A stretch of DNA of 64,000 bases from Planctomycetota bacterium (lineage in GTDB: Bacteria > Planctomycetota > UBA8108 > SXIK01), in contig OZ244999.1 in NCBI GenBank assembly GCA_965223265.1, forward strand, positions 7,136,001 to 7,200,000, written 5' to 3'. Each line of letters begins with the position of its first letter. Within the stretch, counting starts at the first letter, position 1. Under the pieces are notes generated by a model. The model had not been told where the DNA came from and ran no database searches. It saw nothing but the letters and a program-made list of their open reading frames with translations. The position numbers were made by a program, and so were the translations under genes. Of this stretch, positions 52,666 through 59,214 are shown one piece after another.

Positions 52666-52855
52666 CGTTCTCGCCCTCCACACCGTGGTTCTCGATGATC
52701 GCCTGCAGGAGAATCGCCACTGCCCGAGCGATTTCCTCCCGCTCCTTCGCGCTCAGCACTGCGAGCACGCTTTGATCTTCCGGCGGCAAGAACGGTAGAG
52801 TAAGCTGCGTCCACACCATCGTCCTCCTCCTTGGTTCGAGTTGGTTCTGAGTCAA
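52652..52855 (-). CDS. Small hypothetical protein of the recombinase element
   Basis: QLTLPF...EIARAVAILLQAI. Overlaps the recombinase start. Confidence 0.5.
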   Translation of the reverse strand: MTQNQLEPRRRTMVWTQLTLPFLPPEDQSVLAVLSAKEREEIARAVAILLQAIIENHGVEGENDEDR

Positions 52856-53111
52856 GGATGGACGATGGTGCTTCTTGGAGTCGAGACTCTACGATCGCCG
52901 CAATGACGAGGAGCTCCTCCACGTCGATGTGGGGCGATCTACACAGCTCCACCCACATAGCGCTCTCCTCGGTCATCCAGCACGGCACCAAGAGCTGGCG
53001 CTTCTCGATTTGAACCAAGTAGCAGGGCGGTTCTCTCGAGGTCCGCCGAACGACCGGCAGAGAGCGTCCCGCAAGGGGGTGGTAGGGATAGAAGACCGTT
53101 ACGGTCGTCAA
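52662..53111 (-). CDS. Y4bD/Y4pK (DUF5372)-like small protein
   Basis: VTVFYPYHPLAGRSLPVVRR...LVPCWMT, the pattern seen upstream of this recombinase class. Confidence 0.6.
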   Translation of the reverse strand: MTTVTVFYPYHPLAGRSLPVVRRTSREPPCYLVQIEKRQLLVPCWMTEESAMWVELCRSPHIDVEELLVIAAIVESRLQEAPSSILDSEPTRTKEEDDGVDAAYSTVLAAGRSKRARSAEREGAGGNRSGSGDSPAGDHREPRCGGRER

Positions 53112-53138
53112 ACCAACATCAGTGTGGGCTACCCGTGG

Positions 53139-53265
53139 TCAAGGGTGCCCTCGCTGCGCTCGGCGCTGCGCGCCCTTGACACCCACTCCGCTCCGCGTTG
53201 GGGGGTGGAGTACCGCCGCCCGGACGCGGCGGAGCTGTTCACTCTACGCTCTGCGGAGGTCTCCC
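53139..53265 (+). ncRNA. 3' part of conserved structured leader 1
   Basis: TCAAGGGTGCCCTCGCTGCGCTCGGCGCTGCGCGCC is 35/36 identical to leader 2. A nested hairpin GGGTGGAG..CCGCCGC-loop-GCGGCGG..TTCACTC precedes the GGAGG RBS. Confidence 0.75.
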
Positions 53266-53589
53266 ATGCGCTTCATCGCTCTTGATGTCAGTCTCGGTTT
53301 GATTCGCGACTTGCGGGCTCCATTGCTGCGACTTCGGAGGCTTGATCCAGATCTCCATCGGCAGATTCGGCGGGCTGCTTCTTCCGTCGCGCTCAATCTC
53401 TCGGAGGGTGCCGAGCGCGCTGGAAAGGATCGGCTGCACCTCTATCGCGTGGCGCGCGGCAGTGCCCGGGAAGTCGAGACTGCCCTGCAGCTCTCGGTGG
53501 CCTGGGGCGATCTCAAGACCGAAGACGTCTCAGTGCCTCTGCAGACCCTCGATCGACTCCTGGCTCTTCTCAGCGGACTCACGCGCTGA
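53266..53589 (+). CDS. Four-helix-bundle protein (TIGR02436 / 23S-IVP / Avd-like), 107 aa
   Basis: QIRRAASSVALNLSEG..R....R..LYRVARGSAREV signature. Confidence 0.9.
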   Translation: MRFIALDVSLGLIRDLRAPLLRLRRLDPDLHRQIRRAASSVALNLSEGAERAGKDRLHLYRVARGSAREVETALQLSVAWGDLKTEDVSVPLQTLDRLLALLSGLTR

Positions 53590-53601
53590 GCGAGGCGCCC
53601 A

Positions 53602-53629
53602 AGCGCCCGCTACTTTCGTAGCGGGCGCT
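53602..53629 (+). terminator. 3' hairpin after four-helix-bundle gene 1
   Basis: Perfect 12-bp stem AGCGCCCGCTAC-TTTC-GTAGCGGGCGCT. No U tract. Confidence 0.5.
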
Positions 53630-53641
53630 GCTCACGGCGCT

Positions 53642-54021
53642 TCCGACTTCTGTATCTGGCCCTGTCTCCGTCATCCGAGTCCGTCTCTGGCTCTGCATCT
53701 GTATCTGTGTCTGTCGCTGACTCTGTCATCTGCTTCTGTATCTCTATCCGTCATCCGTCTCTGATTCCGTCTCTGTCCCCAACGTTGCAAAAGAGACGCG
53801 CCTTAAGACCGTGCGCGATTGCGATTGAGTGAGAGTTTGCGTGTACGTCTGCGTGTGGGTGTGCGTGGGCGAGGGGAACACGGCACACCGTCAACCTCAC
53901 CAAACGTGAGGTCCGCCACGACGTCCCTCAACTGCCGATCGAACCTCAGGGAAAGGGTTTCTGAGCCCTTCCTGCGAAAACTTATGCAACTGTCGGGTCT
54001 GTCTCTGCCTCCGGTTCCGCC
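53642..54021. repeat. Degenerate hexamer tracts between the convergent genes
   Basis: TCYGNN hexamers at 53642-53777 and 53998-54021. GTGYGT-type hexamers at 53818-53876. Confidence 0.75.
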
Positions 54022-54026
54022 TCAAA

Positions 54027-54052
54027 CCCGCCGCGCGAAAAAGCACGGCGGG
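54027..54052 (-). terminator. 3' hairpin after four-helix-bundle gene 2
   Basis: On the minus strand, CCCGCCGTGC-TTTTTC-GCGCGGCGGG lies 15 nt after the stop. Confidence 0.5.
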
Positions 54053-54067
54053 CCCAAGACCGCAACC

Positions 54068-54391
54068 TCAGCGCGTCAGCTTCCAAAGCATCGCCTGCAG
54101 CTCGTCGATGTCCGCAAGCACCGAAGCTGTCTCCTGCGCATCGACGTAGCCCCAAGCCTCAGCAACACAAAGCGCCGTACGCACCTCTTCGGCACTGCCT
54201 GAGGCAACACGCCAGAGATGCCCGCGGTCACGACCAGAGCGCCGATTGCCCTCGCCCAAATTCAGCGCCACGGAGGACCCCGCGTCGCGCAGCTGAGCGG
54301 CAAGCTTCGAGTCGTGACGACGCACACGCGAGACAAGCGGACGCAACTGACGAACGATACCAACAGAGTGATCCAAAGCGAGAAAGCCCAT
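54068..54391 (-). CDS. Four-helix-bundle protein (TIGR02436 / 23S-IVP / Avd-like), 107 aa
   Basis: QLRDAGSSVALNLGEG..R....R..LWRVASGSAEEV. Start is ATG 54391 with a GGAG RBS, colinear with gene 1. Confidence 0.9.
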   Translation of the reverse strand: MGFLALDHSVGIVRQLRPLVSRVRRHDSKLAAQLRDAGSSVALNLGEGNRRSGRDRGHLWRVASGSAEEVRTALCVAEAWGYVDAQETASVLADIDELQAMLWKLTR

Positions 54392-54574
54392 GAGAAGACT
54401 CCGGTCAACCGGTTGAGTGAAACTCTCGCCGCACGCCCGACGCGGCGGCGTTTCACCCCCGCCAACGGAAGCAGAGCCGGGTGCGGTCACTCTCAGAAGG
54501 CGCGAAGCGCCGAGCGCAGCGAGGGCACCCTTGAGGCCGGCTCTGCTTCCGTTACGCTCGACAATACCGCCGCC
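54392..54574 (-). ncRNA. Conserved structured leader 2 (uninterrupted, ~183 nt)
   Basis: 22-nt motif at 54553-54574. A 17-bp perfect inverted repeat (54464-54480/54537-54553) encloses the 36-nt motif at 54499-54534. Nested hairpin at about 54414-54458. Confidence 0.75.
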
Positions 54575-54603
54575 GCAAACGCCCCTTGGCGGCACACCTC
54601 TTC

Positions 54604-54923
54604 TCTGCTTCTGTCTCTGCTTCTGTCTCTGCTTCTGTCTCTGCTTCTGTCTCTGCTTCTGTCTCTGCTTCTGTCTCTGCTTCTGTCTCTGCTTCTGTCT
54701 CTGCTTCTGTCTCTGCTTCTGTCTCTGCTTCTGTCTCTGATTCTGTCTCTGATTCTGTCTCTGATTCTGTCTCTGATTCTGTCTCTGCTTCTGTCTCTGC
54801 TTCTGTCTCTGCTTCTGTCTCTGCTTCTGTCTCTGCTTCTGTCTCTGATTCTGTCTCTGATTCTGTCTCTGATTCTGTCTCTGATTCTGTCTCTGATTCT
54901 GTCTCTGATTCTGTCTCTGATTC
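54604..54923. repeat. Perfect 12-bp tandem array, ~27 units of two variants
   Basis: TCTGCTTCTGTC x11, TCTGATTCTGTC x4, TCTGCTTCTGTC x5, TCTGATTCTGTC x~7. Confidence 0.97.
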
Positions 54924-55099
54924 GCCACCGCTCGCCGTTTCGCTGCGGTCGCAGGGTGGAAGGCCTCTTCGCACGTGTTAGCATGGGCGCGTCCCCGAAT
55001 GTTCGGGAGCGGGCGCGGCTTTCCAAGCCAAAACGCATCGCTGTGACTCGTAGCCGCTGAACGCAAGTTCGACGTTCGTCTTCCAGCAAGCGACTTTTT

Positions 55100-57493
55100 A
55101 TGCGTCTCAAGTTTCCCCCAAGCCTTCTCGCCGCCGCGGTGCTGCTTCTCATGGGAGCGCTGGCTGCGGCGGAGTCTGCACCCCCTTCCCAGGCGCCTCG
55201 ACCGCTCCTGACACCGTTCGTGGAGACCTACTGCCAGCAGTGCCACGACGCAACCGGCCGGACCGCAGGGCTCGCCCTTGACGAGCTGCTTTCCGCCCCA
55301 ATGGAGGAGCATGTCGCGGAGTGGGAGTCGGTCGTCCGCAAACTCACAACGCGTCAGATGCCACCGCAGGATATGCCTCGGCCGGACGAAACGAGCTACG
55401 AGGCGATCTTGCTCCTGCTCACCTCTGAACTCGACGCAGCCGCCGAGCGTCAGCCGCGGACGGGACGTACGGAGTCACTGCGCCGTTTGAGCCGCACGGA
55501 ATACCACAACGCGATTCGCGATCTGCTGGGTTTGGAGGTGGACGTCAGCACGCTTGTTCCCGGCGACGAGTCGAGCCACGGGTTCGATCACATCACGGTG
55601 ACCGGTCTCAGCCCGATGCTGTTAAGTCGCTACATTTCCGCAGCGCAGAGAATCAGCCGCTTGGCAGTAGGCAACCCAGGGTGGGGAACTGGAGGCGACA
55701 CATTTCGAATTCGACCCGATATCACGCAAGACAACCACCGTGTGGAAGGGCTGCCTCTCGGAACACGAGGCGGCACGTTGATCCGCTACAACTTCCCGCA
55801 AGACGGCGAATACGACGTCCAGGTTTGGTTGATGCGAGATCGGAACGATGAAATCGAAGGCCTTCGAGACAAACACGAATTGGAAGTGCTGCTCGACCGT
55901 GAGCGCAAGGCGACATTCACCGTCGCGCCTGCGCCGCGCGGCCAAAGCGACCGCATGGTCGATGCGCATCTCAAAGCTCGACTCACGGTTCAGGCCGGGC
56001 CACACGACTTAGGCGTCACGTTCGTCAAGAAGCCCTCCTCGCTGCTGGAAAGCGAACGGCAGCCATTGAATGTGCACTACAACTACTACCGACACCCGCG
56101 TCTCGGACCCGCCGTCTACCAAGTCTCGGTCATCGGTCCTTTTCAGGCGAGCGGCCCGGGTGACACGCCGAGTCGCAGGCGCATCTTCGCGTGTCGGCCG
56201 GTCGGTTCCGAGGACGAAGACGCCTGCGCTCGTCGCATCCTGACGCGGCTGTTGCGTCGTGCCTATCGCCGGCCGGTAACTGAAGACGACCTCGAGACGC
56301 CGATGAAGTTCTTCTCGGCTGGCCGCGCGGGCGGATTCGACGTGGGAATCGAGCGTGCGCTAGCCGCGATCCTGGTGAATCCCAATTTTCTGTTCCGCAC
56401 AGAACGGCAGCCGGCGAACGCACGAGCGAACCGCCCCTACCGGATCAGTGATCTGGAAATGGCGTCTCGGTTGTCTTTCTTCTTATGGAGCAGCATTCCA
56501 GACGACGAGCTGCTACAGGTGGCGACACGTCAAGAGTTGAGCCGCGGCGAAGTGCTCGAGCAGCAGGTGCGAAGGATGCTCGTGGATGAACGGTCCCGGT
56601 CACTCGTGACGAACTTCGCCGACCAGTGGCTCTATCTGCGAAATCTCGCCTCGTTTGTGCCGGACGCGCGCCTTTATCCGGACTTCGGTCATAACCTACG
56701 TGACGCCTTTCGGCGGGAAACGGAGTCACTGTTCGAGCAAATGATGCGCGAGGACCAAAGCGTCCTGGTTTTGCTCGATTCACCTGCGACCTATTTGAAT
56801 GAACGACTCGCTCGGCACTATGGAATTCCGCATGTCTATGGCAGCCGGTTCCGGCGCGTGTTGTTGGATGAACGAAGCCGGCGCGGCGGAATCCTGCGGC
56901 ACGGCAGCATTTTGTCGGTCACGTCCTACGCAACGCGCACCTCCCCAGTGATTCGAGGTCAATGGATCCTTGAAAACCTGCTGGGCACACCGCCACCCCC
57001 GCCGCCAGCGAACGTTCCAGATCTGGAGGATCATACGGTCGCGGCTCACCTCACGGTACGCGAGCGTCTGGCTCGACATCGCGCCGACGCCGCATGCGCG
57101 CCTTGTCACGACGTGATCGATCCGGTCGGCTTCGGGCTCGAGAACTTCGATGCCGTCGGGCGCTGGCGGGAATCGGAATTGGGCCAACCAGTCGACGCTT
57201 CAGGCGGGTTGCCGGATGGAAGTGAATTCGACGGGATCAGCGGGCTGGAACGCGCGCTGCTCGAACGTCCTGAGTTGTTCGTCCAGACCATGACGGAGAA
57301 ACTGATGACTTTCGCGCTCGGACGCGGCGTCGAGTACTACGACGCGCCAGCGGTTCGCCGCATCCTTCGCCGTGCCAGGCGAGCGAACTATCGTTTCTCT
57401 TCTCTGATTCTAGGAATCGTCAACAGCACACCTTTTCAGATGAGGATGGCGGCTGACCAGGATGCCGAGAGCCCTGAAGACGCCGAGGGCTGA
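55100..57493 (+). CDS. Planctomycete cytochrome-c/PSD-domain protein (DUF1587/1592/1595/1588/1585-type)
   Basis: Signal peptide, CQQCH, RRLSRTEYHNAIRDLLG, ASRLSFFLWSSIPD, TSPVIRG and CAPCH. Confidence 0.88.
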   Translation: MRLKFPPSLLAAAVLLLMGALAAAESAPPSQAPRPLLTPFVETYCQQCHDATGRTAGLALDELLSAPMEEHVAEWESVVRKLTTRQMPPQDMPRPDETSYEAILLLLTSELDAAAERQPRTGRTESLRRLSRTEYHNAIRDLLGLEVDVSTLVPGDESSHGFDHITVTGLSPMLLSRYISAAQRISRLAVGNPGWGTGGDTFRIRPDITQDNHRVEGLPLGTRGGTLIRYNFPQDGEYDVQVWLMRDRNDEIEGLRDKHELEVLLDRERKATFTVAPAPRGQSDRMVDAHLKARLTVQAGPHDLGVTFVKKPSSLLESERQPLNVHYNYYRHPRLGPAVYQVSVIGPFQASGPGDTPSRRRIFACRPVGSEDEDACARRILTRLLRRAYRRPVTEDDLETPMKFFSAGRAGGFDVGIERALAAILVNPNFLFRTERQPANARANRPYRISDLEMASRLSFFLWSSIPDDELLQVATRQELSRGEVLEQQVRRMLVDERSRSLVTNFADQWLYLRNLASFVPDARLYPDFGHNLRDAFRRETESLFEQMMREDQSVLVLLDSPATYLNERLARHYGIPHVYGSRFRRVLLDERSRRGGILRHGSILSVTSYATRTSPVIRGQWILENLLGTPPPPPPANVPDLEDHTVAAHLTVRERLARHRADAACAPCHDVIDPVGFGLENFDAVGRWRESELGQPVDASGGLPDGSEFDGISGLERALLERPELFVQTMTEKLMTFALGRGVEYYDAPAVRRILRRARRANYRFSSLILGIVNSTPFQMRMAADQDAESPEDAEG

Positions 57494-57512
57494 CGTTTGG
57501 AAGTCGCGCTAA

Positions 57513-57672
57513 CAGCCCGTTGAAAAAGTCATTCGGCCGAAGAAACTGGCCTCTTCACGCCCAGCTCGACCGCGTCAATACTCGAAAATCCCGAAGATTG
57601 CCTCCGTTTGCCGCAGCCGATCTGGACGCGAAGAGACCAGTTTTCGGCTCGAAGCACTTTTTCAACAGGCTG
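57513..57672. mobile_element. MITE copy D (160 bp, complete)
   Basis: Terminal inverted repeats CAGCCCGTTGAAAAAGT and ACTTTTTCAACAGGCTG, with a CTAA duplication at 57509-57512 and 57673-57676. Confidence 0.85.
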
Positions 57673-57757
57673 CTAAGCTCGATCGTCAAGCGAAGCGCCG
57701 CACGGAGACAAACGAAACATTCACGCAGGCTCTCGTAAGAGCGTCGATCGCAGGAGA

Positions 57758-59104
57758 ATGATCATGTTCATCACGAAGAAGCACCTTCCCAGGCGAACCT
57801 TGCTGAAGGGAGTGGCAGCATCTATAGCGCTCCCGCTGCTGGATGCGATGATCCCCTCCATGACAGCGTTAGCGAACACTCCCGCGAGCCCGGCGCGGCT
57901 TCGCCGGCTTGGTTTCGTCTACATGCCGATGGGCTGCGATATCACGCGCTGGAAACCTCCACAGGCGGAAGCGCTCAGCTCACTATCGCCCTCTTTGAGT
58001 CCGCTTGAGCGCGTCAAAAAGAACGTCGTGATCATCAGCAACATGGAGCTGCGCAATGCCTATCCCGGCACGCATGCGACGTCGAATGCCGCCTTCTTGA
58101 GCGCTGCTAAGGCCAAGCGGACCGAAAGTACGGACTACCATCTCGGCACGACGGTCGACCAAATCGCCGCAGCGGAGCTCGGACGCGACACGCAGCTCGC
58201 TTCGCTTGAGCTGGCGATGGACCTAGCCGCCATGGTGGGTCAATGCGACAACGGCTATGCGTGTGTCTATCAGAACTGTCTGTCGTGGTCGTCGCCAACT
58301 ACGCCTTTGCCGGCCGAGGCACATCCGCGCATCGTCTTCGAACAGCTTTTCGGGGACGGCGGAACTCCCGCGCAGCGCCGTGCTGCGTTGCAGGAGCGCG
58401 CCAGCTTGCTCGATTCGGTCACCGGGGAGCTTCAGCGTCTTGGCGAAACTCTCGGCCGACGCGATCGTAGCCGAATCGGCGAATACTTGGATGCAGTTCG
58501 AGACGTTGAGCGACGCATCCAGAGAGCCGAGTCCACCGTGACGGAAAACGAACTGCCCGATCTGGAACGCCCTCTCGGTGTGCCATCCTCATACAGCGAT
58601 CACGCTCGTTTGATGTTTGATCTGCAGAGATTGGCACTGCAAGGCGACATCACCCGCGTGATCACGTTTCAGCTGGCGCGTGAAACCAGCAAACGGACCT
58701 ATCCAGAGATCGGTGTCAACGATCCTCATCATCCGTTGACGCATCATGGCAACGATCCAGAAAAGATCGCCAAAATGGCGCGCATCAACCGGTTTCATGT
58801 CTCGTTGTTTGCCGAGTTTCTGGAGAAGCTTCAGGAAACGCCCGAGAGTGACGGCTCGCTCCTCGACCACGTGCTGTATCTGTATGGCAGTGGGATGGGC
58901 AATCCCAACCTCCACGACCATACCAACCTGCCAATCATCGTTGCCGGCGGCGCTGCAGGAAAGGTGCGCGGCGGCCGTCACTTGAGTTTCGAACAAGCGA
59001 CGCCACTGTCGAATCTTCACCTCACACTACTCGACAAAGTCGGTGTACGGCTGAAATCGTTCGCGGACAGTAGTGGAACGGTAGACGAGTTGTTGGCGGT
59101 ATAA
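57758..59104 (+). CDS. DUF1552-domain Tat-exported protein
   Basis: RRTLLKG..IALPLLDAM, TVDQIAA, DITRVITF and HHPLTHH. Follows the DUF1592-type gene. Confidence 0.88.
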   Translation: MIMFITKKHLPRRTLLKGVAASIALPLLDAMIPSMTALANTPASPARLRRLGFVYMPMGCDITRWKPPQAEALSSLSPSLSPLERVKKNVVIISNMELRNAYPGTHATSNAAFLSAAKAKRTESTDYHLGTTVDQIAAAELGRDTQLASLELAMDLAAMVGQCDNGYACVYQNCLSWSSPTTPLPAEAHPRIVFEQLFGDGGTPAQRRAALQERASLLDSVTGELQRLGETLGRRDRSRIGEYLDAVRDVERRIQRAESTVTENELPDLERPLGVPSSYSDHARLMFDLQRLALQGDITRVITFQLARETSKRTYPEIGVNDPHHPLTHHGNDPEKIAKMARINRFHVSLFAEFLEKLQETPESDGSLLDHVLYLYGSGMGNPNLHDHTNLPIIVAGGAAGKVRGGRHLSFEQATPLSNLHLTLLDKVGVRLKSFADSSGTVDELLAV

Positions 59105-59214
59105 CAAGCCCGATTGGTCCAGAGACGTCGAACAAAGGCACAAGCTACCCTGAAGAACAGGGATTTCGGTCGCAACAGACGAGGATCGCCCGCGCTTTAG
59201 CGAAATTCTTTCCG

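Larger units (their letters stand above)
50476..53133 (-). mobile_element. Large-serine-recombinase IS-like element (boundaries +/- a few bp)
   Basis: Recombinase plus two small upstream ORFs. Ends AGCACACAATG (50477-50487) and CAGTGTGGGCT (53120-53130) are a 9/11 inverted repeat. Removing the element restores the conserved leader. Confidence 0.8.

Noticed and set aside
53266-53589. 23S rRNA intervening sequence
   Set aside because: No rRNA sequence flanks the genes.
53266-54391. Diversity-generating retroelement suggested by the Avd-like proteins
   Set aside because: No reverse transcriptase and no TR/VR pair differing at adenines was seen in the window.
50112-54923. CRISPR array
   Set aside because: The repeats are contiguous 6/12-mers without unique spacers, and there are no cas genes.
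54604-54923. Array length (~27 x 12 nt) is close to the 324-nt gene length
   Set aside because: Most likely a coincidence, as the array of cassette 1 does not show it.
54068-55312. Long ORFs through the 12-bp array (RQKQ/RQNQ, SLLL, DRSR, ETEA, SASV repeats), including a 414-aa extension of four-helix-bundle gene 2
   Set aside because: These are artefacts of a nearly stop-free array. Gene 2 has its own RBS and ATG at 54391, colinear with gene 1, and the extension overlaps the DUF1592-type gene antisense.
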